Shown piece after piece: positions 49,107-60,259 of a stretch of DNA of 64,000 bases; the stretch's first letter is position 1; each line of letters opens with the position of its first letter. The position numbers were made by a program, and so were the translations under genes. Source of the DNA: Sphingobacteriales bacterium. GTDB lineage: Bacteria > Bacteroidota > Bacteroidia > Chitinophagales > JADIYW01. The notes below the pieces were generated by a model. It did no database searches and was not told the DNA's origin. It worked only from the letters and a program-made list of their open reading frames with translations. Location of the stretch: positions 590,185-654,184 of the forward strand of contig CP064984.1 in assembly GCA_016699615.1 (NCBI GenBank), given 5' to 3'.

Positions 49107-49709
49107 TTGGACATTATCCATAAATATTTCCCACAATTAACGAAACAACAATTTGAACATTTTGTTCAATTAAAAGAATTATATTTTGACTGGAATCAGA
49201 AAATAAATGTGATATCTAGGAAAGATATGGACAATTTCTACGAAAGGCATGTGCTACACAGTTTGAGTATTGCAAATATCTTCAGTTTTTCTGCATCAGA
49301 TATAATTTTAGATATTGGAACTGGTGGTGGATTTCCTGGAATACCATTGGCAATACTTTTTTCTGATACTGAATTTCATTTAATTGACTCTATTGGGAAA
49401 AAAATTACTGTAGTTGATGCTGTTGCAAAATCTTTGAAGTTGGGAAATATAATTACACAATGTGCTAGAGCCGAAAATTATAAATTAGACTACACATACA
49501 TTGTAACTCGTGCAGTTGCTCCTTCTGAAAAATTAATTGATTGGGCAGGAAGAAGATTAAAAAACAGCAATGGAATTATTGCATTAAAAGGTGGAGATTT
49601 GAAAGATGAATTAGATGCAATTGATATAAACTATAAAACTTATGACTTAAGTTCCTATTTTGAAGAATCATTTTTTGATACAAAAAAGATAGTGCATCTA
49701 TACTACTAA
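49107..49709 (+). CDS. rsmG: 16S rRNA (guanine527-N7)-methyltransferase
   Basis: WNQKINVISRKDMDNFYERHVLHSL and the SAM motif DIGTGGGFPGIPLAI. TTG start. Confidence 0.85.
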   Translation: MDIIHKYFPQLTKQQFEHFVQLKELYFDWNQKINVISRKDMDNFYERHVLHSLSIANIFSFSASDIILDIGTGGGFPGIPLAILFSDTEFHLIDSIGKKITVVDAVAKSLKLGNIITQCARAENYKLDYTYIVTRAVAPSEKLIDWAGRRLKNSNGIIALKGGDLKDELDAIDINYKTYDLSSYFEESFFDTKKIVHLYY

Positions 49710-49727
49710 AAATATAATTTACAGAAA

Positions 49728-50747
49728 ATGGATTCAGTTACACAGTTTATTCTAGGTGCAAGTGTTGGAGAAGTATGTCTTGGTAAAAAACTTGGCAACA
49801 AAGCACTTTTAATTGGTGGCATTGCAGGCACAATTCCAGATTTAGATGTATTTACACAATGGTTTGTACAATCGCCAGATATATTATTAAGAGTGCATAG
49901 AAGTTATAGCCATGCAGCATTTATACAATTGTTTATGGCTATTCCATTTGTATTTTTATCCTATAAAATCTTTAAAAAAGAAATTAGTGTACTTAGGCTT
50001 TATGTATTTTGGTATCTAGCATTTTTAACACACACACTGTTAGACTGTTGCACAACATATGGTACACAGTTACTCTTGCCTTTTTCGAATAAATTAGTTG
50101 CATTCAATAATGTTGCTGTTGTTGATATATTTTACACATTAATATTTTTAGTTTTATTATTAATATGTTTATTCTTCAAAAGAGATGATAAAAGAAGAAT
50201 ACGATTTGCTTATGCTTCAATTATAATTAGTAGCATCTATTTATTAATGACATTCTACAACAAGCATAAAGCATTTACATTTTTTGAGCAGCAACTAAAA
50301 ACTAGAAATATTAACTATACTAACTTAAGCGTTTCTCCTACTCTATTTAGTAATTTTTTATGGAACATGATAGCCTATGATGATACTACAATGTATTTGG
50401 CAGAATATTCATTACTACAAAAAAATGATAGCATAGATATTATTTCTTACAAAAGGAATACTAATTTATTGGCTAACATAAAAAATACTGAATGTGTGAA
50501 AACATTATTGTGGTTTAGTGATGGTAAATATATTGTAGAAGCAAAAGAAAATGACACACTGCAATTTTATGTTACAAAATGGGGACGAACAGATATCACA
50601 AAAACAAGCACACAAGGTGCATTGCCATTTTACTATAAATTATATACAGAAAATGGTGCCATTACTTTTAAGCACATCAAGCCAGACAGCAAAGATATTG
50701 ATAGAAAAAAGATGTTCAATATGTTTGTTGATAGAATTTTACAATAA
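49728..50747 (+). CDS. membrane-bound metal-dependent hydrolase (YdjM/DUF457 family)
   Basis: MDSVTQFILGASVGE...IPDLDVF...HRSYSHA N-terminal signature, and 5-6 TM helices. Confidence 0.7.
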   Translation: MDSVTQFILGASVGEVCLGKKLGNKALLIGGIAGTIPDLDVFTQWFVQSPDILLRVHRSYSHAAFIQLFMAIPFVFLSYKIFKKEISVLRLYVFWYLAFLTHTLLDCCTTYGTQLLLPFSNKLVAFNNVAVVDIFYTLIFLVLLLICLFFKRDDKRRIRFAYASIIISSIYLLMTFYNKHKAFTFFEQQLKTRNINYTNLSVSPTLFSNFLWNMIAYDDTTMYLAEYSLLQKNDSIDIISYKRNTNLLANIKNTECVKTLLWFSDGKYIVEAKENDTLQFYVTKWGRTDITKTSTQGALPFYYKLYTENGAITFKHIKPDSKDIDRKKMFNMFVDRILQ

Positions 50748-50752
50748 CAATT

Positions 50753-51715
50753 TTATTGTTTTACTTTTTTAGCTTCATCAAGCATATATTGTTTTGCCAT
50801 ATTAATGTCTTTCAACACAGCAAAACTTCCTTTGCCTTCCTTTGCTAAATTTTCTTGATTTTTTATAACATAAGGAGTTGGATTGCCTAACAAGAATATC
50901 GATGTTTTTATATTTTTATTTGAATAAGATGCAATCGTTTTAGAAATTTTTCCATACTCACTTTTGCCTGATGTGAACATTCCATCAGTAAAAATTAGGA
51001 TTCTATTATTTCCATTTTCAATATAATTTTTTGATGCTGATGTAAAAGCATGTTCTACTGCCAAAGCACCTTGTGTAGTTCCACCAAATTTTATTTTGTC
51101 AAATGCTAGAATTATTTTTTGTTTTTCTGAGCCAGAAGTTGCTGGAAGAATTTCTATAATTTTTGTAGAAAATAAAAGTATTGTTATTACATCTTCAGTT
51201 CTAAATAATTCGACAATATCTTTAAATCCAGATTTTAAGACATCCATTTTTTCTGATTCATTCATAGATGATGAAATATCAATTAATATTGTCCAATTGT
51301 TGCTTGCAAAACCATTTAGTGTAACTGCTGGGTCTTTAATTGTATCAGTAATAATAGTATTAGGTATTTGTACTATTCGTTCTTTTAGACCAAAATTTCT
51401 AAGCGCATATTCTTTTACAAAAACGACACCATTTAAGTCATAGTAATCTTTATGTGTAACTTTAATGTAATATTCTTTATCAACATATCGTACTGTTGTT
51501 TTAATATTATACTTTCCATTAGCATCAGTTACAGCAGTATATTTATCCATACCAAATTCTATCACTATAGTTGCATTAGCAATTGGAAGATTTGTTTGCA
51601 AATCATAAATTTTACCTTCCACATGATTGTTTGGAATAATCTTTTCTTGAGCCAACAAACCTTGACTCATTATCAATAATAATACAAAAGCAGTGTATAA
51701 TTTTTTCATACGCAA
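50753..51715 (-). CDS. secreted von Willebrand factor A domain protein with N-terminal carboxypeptidase-regulatory-like domain
   Basis: Signal peptide, a GKIYDLQTNLPIANATIVIEF beta-sandwich, and the MIDAS motif ILIDISSSM. Confidence 0.75.
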   Translation of the reverse strand: MRMKKLYTAFVLLLIMSQGLLAQEKIIPNNHVEGKIYDLQTNLPIANATIVIEFGMDKYTAVTDANGKYNIKTTVRYVDKEYYIKVTHKDYYDLNGVVFVKEYALRNFGLKERIVQIPNTIITDTIKDPAVTLNGFASNNWTILIDISSSMNESEKMDVLKSGFKDIVELFRTEDVITILLFSTKIIEILPATSGSEKQKIILAFDKIKFGGTTQGALAVEHAFTSASKNYIENGNNRILIFTDGMFTSGKSEYGKISKTIASYSNKNIKTSIFLLGNPTPYVIKNQENLAKEGKGSFAVLKDINMAKQYMLDEAKKVKQ

Positions 51716-51774
51716 GAAAAGTTAATTACATCAAATGTATGAAAATAGTACAAATATTGTGCTATTTTTGAAAC

Positions 51775-52518
51775 ATGGTACGTTCTATTTTATTTAGTAT
51801 TTGCTTTTTAATGCTGATTTCTGGCTTTGCACAACAAAGCGCACCAGAAACTCAAATGTATAAATATAAATTAGGTGTAGATATTCCAATTCTAAGTATT
51901 GGCATTGGAAGTGGTATTGCATCATATATATTATACAAAAAGAAAACACCTATTAGTCTTGAAGAAATCAATGCTTTGAAACCAGAACAAGTCAATAAAT
52001 TTGATAGAAGTGCTATTTATAGAAACTCAAATGGAGCAAAAATTGCATCTGATGTATTTTACTATAGTGCAAGTTTAGCACCAGCATTATTATTTATTGA
52101 TAAAAATGTAAGAAAAGATTGGAAATATGTATTGCCAATGTGGGCAGAAGTGTATGGTCTTACTTCTGCATTAACATTATTAACAAAAGAATTAGCGGAT
52201 AGGAAAAGACCATATGTCTACAATCAAAACATATCTGCAGAAAGCAAGATAAGTAAAAGTTCAACAGCATCATTCTTTTCAGGACATACAAGTGTAGTTG
52301 CTGCCAACACATTTTTTATTGCTAAGGTATATTCTGATTATCATCCAGATTCAAAATTTAAACCATTGATGTGGACTGGAGCTGCATTAGTGCCAGCCAT
52401 CACTGGATTGTGTAGATATGGTGCCGGAAAACATTTTTTTACTGATATCTTAGTTGGATATGCAGTTGGAGCAGCCATTGGTGTTTTAGTACCACACTTA
52501 CATAAAGTAAGAAAATAA
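51775..52518 (+). CDS. PAP2-family phosphatase
   Basis: The tripartite PAP2 motif: KELADRKRP, SFFSGHTS, RYGAGKHFFTD. Confidence 0.8.
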   Translation: MVRSILFSICFLMLISGFAQQSAPETQMYKYKLGVDIPILSIGIGSGIASYILYKKKTPISLEEINALKPEQVNKFDRSAIYRNSNGAKIASDVFYYSASLAPALLFIDKNVRKDWKYVLPMWAEVYGLTSALTLLTKELADRKRPYVYNQNISAESKISKSSTASFFSGHTSVVAANTFFIAKVYSDYHPDSKFKPLMWTGAALVPAITGLCRYGAGKHFFTDILVGYAVGAAIGVLVPHLHKVRK

Positions 52519-52583
52519 AACATTTTAGTTTAAAACTTGGTACGATTTATGTAATGTAATAGGTAACCAAACTTATTAAACAA

Positions 52584-52841
52584 ATGAAAATTTTTAAAGA
52601 CATTACGGTAATTGGAGCTGCTATTTTAGCTATCATTTACATTATTAATCCTACAGCAGGCTTTGTAGAATTTATTCCTGATAATTTTCCGATTATAGGA
52701 AATCTAGATGAAGCTGGCGCAGTGCTTATCATTGTATCTGCATTCAGGTACTTTGGTGTAGAACTAGCAGATTTATTTAATTCTAAGGAAAAAGTAAAGA
52801 AAGAAGATAGAAATGTTATCAAAATAGAAAAAGTAAAGTAA
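52584..52841 (+). CDS. DUF1232 (YkvA-like) small membrane protein
   Basis: FIPDNFPIIGNLDEAGAVLIIV matches the DUF1232 core pattern. Confidence 0.6.
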   Translation: MKIFKDITVIGAAILAIIYIINPTAGFVEFIPDNFPIIGNLDEAGAVLIIVSAFRYFGVELADLFNSKEKVKKEDRNVIKIEKVK

Positions 52842-52860
52842 TACAGCTGTATGTATTGTA

Positions 52861-52890
52861 AAACCTCTGATCAATTTCAGAGGTTTTTTT
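52861..52890 (+). terminator. Rho-independent terminator
   Basis: 10-bp stem (aaacctctga / tcagaggttt), 6-nt loop, T-run. Confidence 0.8.
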
Positions 52891-52919
52891 ATAAAATTTA
52901 TTAACTTTAAGAAAAAAGC

Positions 52920-53765
52920 ATGAAAAAGAATATCCTAATCTTGATGTTGCTATTGAGTACAATAACATTTGTACAAGCACAAAAAAATGACAATAAGAAA
53001 TCTAAAGATATTGATGAATTATTTGAAAACTTTGACAATGAACTATTGGGTAAAAATATGAGTTCTATGTTGCAACAAATCCAAGAAAGTCAGAATAATG
53101 TGAAATATGATAAAAGCTATACTTTCAACTTACATTCAAAAGTTAAAAGTGATATTACATCTAACGGAAAAACGGAATCTAATATTATAGGATTTTATTC
53201 ATCAGATCAGGCAAGTATGATGAAACCAGAAAGTTCTAATACTAAACATAGTGAAGATATCAGTATCATTTTTGATAATAAAAATAAAACTATCATCACG
53301 ATTGATGAGCAAGAAAAGAGTGGAATGGCTATGAGTCTTGATGGAATTGGAAATATTATGAAACAATTTGGGTCGATGTACCAGAAAGAAGATGCGGAGC
53401 AAGAAAAACCAAATTATTCGATAACTAAAACTGGAAAAACGAAAACGATATTAGGTTATAGTTGTTCTGAATATTTAATCATTAGTAATGATAAAGATGA
53501 AAATACAGAAAGTAGCGTTTGGGTATCAAAAGATACAAAGATCATTCATTATAATATTATGAATGCATTAGGAAAAGATATGATAGAAAAGAGCAACACC
53601 TATAAAAATCAACTCAATGGTGCTGTATTGGAAATGCATTCTAAAAATTTAAAAACAGGCAATACTTATGATATGACTGTAATTGAACTCAATCAGAAAA
53701 GTATAAGCAAAGATTTATCTAACTATAAAATTACAAGTGGGTTTGATTTTAATGCAGAAGATTGA
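52920..53765 (+). CDS. secreted protein, DUF4412-like (tentative)
   Basis: Signal peptide ending FVQAQ. The GYSCSEYLI segment resembles DUF4412 proteins. Confidence 0.5.
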   Translation: MKKNILILMLLLSTITFVQAQKNDNKKSKDIDELFENFDNELLGKNMSSMLQQIQESQNNVKYDKSYTFNLHSKVKSDITSNGKTESNIIGFYSSDQASMMKPESSNTKHSEDISIIFDNKNKTIITIDEQEKSGMAMSLDGIGNIMKQFGSMYQKEDAEQEKPNYSITKTGKTKTILGYSCSEYLIISNDKDENTESSVWVSKDTKIIHYNIMNALGKDMIEKSNTYKNQLNGAVLEMHSKNLKTGNTYDMTVIELNQKSISKDLSNYKITSGFDFNAED

Positions 53766-53797
53766 TATAACCTAAGATAGAATTGATATAAAACAGA

Positions 53798-53824
53798 AAC
53801 GCCTCAAACAATGTTTGAGGCGTT
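53798..53824. terminator. hairpin terminator between convergent genes
   Basis: aacgcctcaaaca / tgtttgaggcgtt inverted repeat. On the minus strand it is followed by tttctgtttt. Confidence 0.7.
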
Positions 53825-53846
53825 CTTATTCTGAAAGCAGAATAAA

Positions 53847-54026
53847 TTAGTGAGCTTGTACTGTAGAGTCGATAACAGCAACGTTAGAGTCAACTGTTTC
53901 AACAACTTCATCTGCAACTTCTTCTGTTGTTTCTACTACTTCGTCAGTAGCTTCTTCTGCTTGTTTGCACGCTTGTACTCCTACAAATAATGTAGCAGCA
54001 GCAAATAATACGAATAATTTTTTCAT
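53847..54026 (-). CDS. 59-aa acidic mini-lipoprotein (copy B)
   Basis: Internal ATG at 54026. MKKLFVLFAAATLFVGVQAC lipobox, then an E/V/T-rich tail ending VDSTVQAH. Confidence 0.6.
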   Translation of the reverse strand: MKKLFVLFAAATLFVGVQACKQAEEATDEVVETTEEVADEVVETVDSNVAVIDSTVQAH

Positions 54027-54100
54027 TTTTAAAAATTGATTTGGTTGATGCAAATATAGTGTGTAAAATGATATATGCTGTAGAAAAGTTGTTAAAAAAT

Positions 54101-54135
54101 GTAAAAAAAAAACCTCAAACATAATGTTTGAGGTT
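54101..54135 (-). terminator. Rho-independent terminator of mini-lipoprotein copy A
   Basis: 11-bp stem (aacctcaaaca / tgtttgaggtt), 3-nt loop. On the minus strand it is followed by a long T-run (plus-strand A-run 54103..54112). Confidence 0.8.
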
Positions 54136-54158
54136 TTATCTTTAGTTGCAAACTAATA

Positions 54159-54341
54159 TTAGTGAGCAGATACTGTTGAATCAACAGCTTGAACTGTAGA
54201 ATCTACAGTTGCTACTGGCTCTTCAATAACTTCTTCAGTTGTTTCTTCTACTACTTCTTCAGTTGGCTCTTCAGCTGGTTTGCACGCTTGTACTCCTACA
54301 AATAATGTAGCAGCAGCAAATAATACGAATAATTTTTTCAT
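54159..54341 (-). CDS. 60-aa acidic mini-lipoprotein (copy A)
   Basis: The first 21 aa are identical to copy B. The tail is E/V/T-rich and ends VDSTVSAH. Confidence 0.6.
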   Translation of the reverse strand: MKKLFVLFAAATLFVGVQACKPAEEPTEEVVEETTEEVIEEPVATVDSTVQAVDSTVSAH

Positions 54342-54444
54342 TTCTTAATTTTTTAATTTAGTTTAAAATTCAATGCAAATATAAATAAGTGTATTTTATT
54401 TTTGGTAAACTCATTTATTAAATAATCATTAGATTTATTTTACT

Positions 54445-56601
<2,157 letters not shown>

Positions 56602-56602
<1 letters not shown>

Positions 56603-57723
56603 TATTTTATTTTATAGAAATATTTTAATTGTGTTGATAATGGCATTGATGCATATTTGAAGAAATTAGATTTATAATCTACATTATTTTTTTCTAGCAA
56701 ACGAACTAAGTTGACACCTGTTGCACCAAAATAATGTTTTGCATCTGTTATTGATGTATAGTCTTTGGCAGTATTAATACTATAGCCATCATATATATTT
56801 TCTTTTTTATAATATTTATCGTTGGTTAATAGATATTCATTAACTGGAATTTTAGCAAAATTTTCTTTTAAGATGGCATCAATATATAGTGCTGTGCCTT
56901 CTAGTTTTTCCCATATTTCTTCTATTGGTCCTATTGTAATTTTCTTTTGCTTATAGAATTCAGATCTTCTTTTGGTTCTTGTTTTAAGAAATTCTGTAAA
57001 GTATTTTTTTTCTTCTTCTATTGATTTTGCATTTATCGCTTTTAATAACAAATCATTTTCTTTAATCAATGAATCTTTAAAGCTCCAATTGTTTTCATAG
57101 ATGCTTTGCATACTATCTTTAGTAAGCATTCTATTTTGTTTGATGAAAGAATTTAGGTAATTGTAGATGGCAGTTTCTTTGAACTGATATTGATGGTATA
57201 ACTCATGAAATACGCTTGTAGCCCAATCTTGTGTATGTACTAATTCTGGTTGTAATTCTGCTGATATTTCTGGTGAGCTACAAAATAAAATAGGCAACAT
57301 ATAGTTGATATTTTTCTTATTTCCATCTTCTGTTTCAAAGACTGTTTCTATGATATATGTTGGCACATCGTATGGTGTTGCCAATTTTAAAACATTATAA
57401 TCATATTTATTATTTATTATTTTATACTTAGATACTTTATCTCAAACACTTGGTTCTGGATTGATGAAATAAGCATTGGAATCTGAAAAATAAACCGTGG
57501 TACCTACAAACTCATTTGCTGCAAAATCTTTCCAAAATAGATTACCTGCAAATCTTCTAAGGTCATTTAAGTATTTAATTCTTTCTATGATTAAAACTTC
57601 CTTTTCTGTTGGTTCTATTAAATCATCAATAGAAATGTTGTTATTTTGCGCAAAGCTCATTGAACAAAATATGGACAAAAGCATTGTACAAAATGTATTT
57701 GTTATTTTAGAATAGATATGCAT
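56602..57723 (-). pseudogene. secreted HExxH-motif protein (putative Zn-metallopeptidase) interrupted by an in-frame TGA
   Basis: ORFs 57741->57442 and 57384->56602 are in the same frame, separated by a TGA at 57442..57444 and 19 sense codons. There is a signal peptide (…CSMSFAQ) and the FHELYHQ motif. Confidence 0.5.
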
Positions 57724-58225
57724 TTTCAATTTCATTTTCAATAAATTTTACAATTATATGTTCGTTGAATGTTGTTGCCATTTGTAAGCCAACAATATCT
57801 GATTGAATTGGAAATTTTTTGTGCGTTCTATCTATCAACACACAAGTAATAATTTGTTTGATATTGAAATTTACCAACTTTTTAAAAGCATAGAACATTG
57901 TCTTTCCTGTATTTGCTACATCATCAACTACAACGATAACTTTATCTTGTAGATTTTCTACCATCGATAATTGTATTTCTTCAGAAAGTGGATTTTGTTT
58001 GTTGATGTACAATGATGCTAATTCTATTTTCTTATTGGTATCATATTTATGAATAATGCTTTTAAGTTTTTCTGCCAAAATAAATCCACCATCTGCAATA
58101 CCTAATAGGACAACTTCATTGGTATGAAATGTTTTTTCTAGAATTTGAAATGCAATTCTATCTAGTTTTAACAACGCAACTTTCTTGTCTAAAATAATCT
58201 GAGCGTTTTTAGGAATAATCATCAT
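57707..58225 (-). CDS. phosphoribosyltransferase-family protein (PyrR-like)
   Basis: PRPP-binding loop VIVVVDDVANTGKT. 172 aa. Confidence 0.7.
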   Translation of the reverse strand: MMIIPKNAQIILDKKVALLKLDRIAFQILEKTFHTNEVVLLGIADGGFILAEKLKSIIHKYDTNKKIELASLYINKQNPLSEEIQLSMVENLQDKVIVVVDDVANTGKTMFYAFKKLVNFNIKQIITCVLIDRTHKKFPIQSDIVGLQMATTFNEHIIVKFIENEIENAYLF

Positions 58226-58304
58226 TCAAATATATCTAAAGTTTTAGGATAATTCAATAAGAATTGGCGAATATCTTAGTATTTTTGTGTTATAAATTGC
58301 AAAA

Positions 58305-58697
58305 ATGACTGTAGAAGAAAGAATACAACTATCAGAAACACATATTTTTAAAGCTGTATTTCCAAATACAACTAATCATTATGACACCTTATTTGGTGGA
58401 ACGGCTATGCAACTCATGGACGAAGTGGCTTTTATAACTGCAACTCGATTTGCAAGAATGAAAATGGTTACGGTTTCATCTGATAGGATAGATTTTAAAA
58501 AACCGATTCCAAGTGGAACAATTATTGAATTGATAGGAAAAGTGACAAAAGTTGGCAATACAAGTGTGCATATTTTGGTTGAAATATTTATCGAAGAGAT
58601 GAATTCTTACAAAAGAGAAAAAGCAATAAGTGGTGAGTTTGTTTTTGTGGCAGTTGATGAAAACAAACAACCTACAAAAATTAAATTCATAGATTAG
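58305..58697 (+). CDS. acyl-CoA thioesterase (hotdog fold, YciA-like)
   Basis: NTTNHYDTLFGGTAMQLMDEVAFITATRF. 130 aa. Confidence 0.8.
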   Translation: MTVEERIQLSETHIFKAVFPNTTNHYDTLFGGTAMQLMDEVAFITATRFARMKMVTVSSDRIDFKKPIPSGTIIELIGKVTKVGNTSVHILVEIFIEEMNSYKREKAISGEFVFVAVDENKQPTKIKFID

Positions 58698-60259
58698 TCA
58701 TTCACTTTATAATTATTTAAGTATTGAAATGTGAGAAAATCTTTAGGCGTGATTTTGAAATTATCGTGATGAATTTTTGCTTTATCTAGTGCTTCAATAA
58801 TTTCTATTTTATATTTTGAATTATTTTTTACATAAAAAAACATTGCATATTTATTATTTTGAGCAGTAGTAAATTTATACAAATATGTATAATTAGAATT
58901 TGGTTCTGAAATATATTGATATATCTTACCTACGTTTGTAATGTCTTTATGAATAGTTTCTTCGTTGAAAAAGCCAGACAAAATTAATAAGTCTGCATCC
59001 ATTTTATCAAAATATGCTCTATCAATATGTTTGGTAGACAGATACACATCTGCTAAACCGTAAGGATCATAACATTTTGTGTTTGCCAAATATGGTAAAA
59101 CACCAGCATCGCCCATCAATACTTTTATTTTATTATTTTTTAGTGCCGCAATCTGATTTCCTGTATTAAAATGTGTTTTGTGCATGTATGCTGTAAAAAG
59201 CATATTTTCTTTTATGGTTCCAAATTGCAATGGTGTTTTGTCTGTAAATCCTTTGTAGACAATTAATGCTATAAAAACTAACATTACAATATGGACTTTT
59301 TTATTGATTTTTTCAGATGCTTTTTGCGCTAACATAATTAATGCAAAAATTATTGCTGGATAAAATAATTGAAATGCAAAACGATTGGCATAATTCATCA
59401 ATAAAGCTGATGTGCCATAAAATGCATAGTACACAAACAAGACTGTGAGTATAAAATAGAATGCTAGTTTATTTTGTTTCTTTACTTGAAATAACAGAAA
59501 TATTAGTAAAAACAAATATTGCCAAGCTGTGTATGTGTTAAACAATATTCCTAAAAAACCCATGTTGTTTCCAATAGATTTGTGATAGAAAGACAATGGC
59601 AATAAAAGTCCAAAATATTTGTATCTCAGAATAAAATATATTCCACCAATTAATGCAAAAAGTATCAAGGTTGGAAAGTATATTTTTCTGTTGTTTTTAA
59701 AAAAAACATAAACAAATATAAACATCGAAAAAACTGCGCCTTCTGGTCTTGTAAGTGGAAATAGCAATGCCAATAACCAAAGTTTTGATTGTTGTTTGTT
59801 AGAGAAATCTTCTTTGTATAAAATTGAGAATGTTTCAATTAATAAATAGAACCAAAATATAGTTTCTAAGCCTGCGTAAATGTGTACGTGTGTGTGCCAA
59901 TTGGCAACTACAAAGAAAATAATAAACCAAGCATATTTTTTATTATCAACTAAAGCATAAATTCTTCTTAGAATCAGCAGAAAAAAAATAAAGGTGAAAA
60001 TTTTGAAAAATATTTGTGGTTGTATATTTAATAATGGTGGAAACACAGATAGAATCATATATGTAAAACTGGTATATGCTTCTATTCTTTCATTGTCAGC
60101 ATTCCAGTTCCAAATACCATGATGAATAAGATTATAACCATAACGAAAACATATATATGAATCATCTACAGTAGTTTGGAAGAACAAAACTATACCTACT
60201 AGAATTGCAAGTACAACAAAAAATTTAGTTGATTTTATTAATATATTATTTTGAGTCAT
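58694..60259 (-). CDS. polytopic membrane protein, possibly a GT-C-fold glycosyltransferase
   Basis: 521 aa and ~12 TM helices. An N-terminal DDSYICFRYGYNL...EAYTSF motif resembles the first-loop acidic motif of GT-C enzymes. The C-terminal ~170 aa is soluble. Confidence 0.45.
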   Translation of the reverse strand: MTQNNILIKSTKFFVVLAILVGIVLFFQTTVDDSYICFRYGYNLIHHGIWNWNADNERIEAYTSFTYMILSVFPPLLNIQPQIFFKIFTFIFFLLILRRIYALVDNKKYAWFIIFFVVANWHTHVHIYAGLETIFWFYLLIETFSILYKEDFSNKQQSKLWLLALLFPLTRPEGAVFSMFIFVYVFFKNNRKIYFPTLILFALIGGIYFILRYKYFGLLLPLSFYHKSIGNNMGFLGILFNTYTAWQYLFLLIFLLFQVKKQNKLAFYFILTVLFVYYAFYGTSALLMNYANRFAFQLFYPAIIFALIMLAQKASEKINKKVHIVMLVFIALIVYKGFTDKTPLQFGTIKENMLFTAYMHKTHFNTGNQIAALKNNKIKVLMGDAGVLPYLANTKCYDPYGLADVYLSTKHIDRAYFDKMDADLLILSGFFNEETIHKDITNVGKIYQYISEPNSNYTYLYKFTTAQNNKYAMFFYVKNNSKYKIEIIEALDKAKIHHDNFKITPKDFLTFQYLNNYKVND

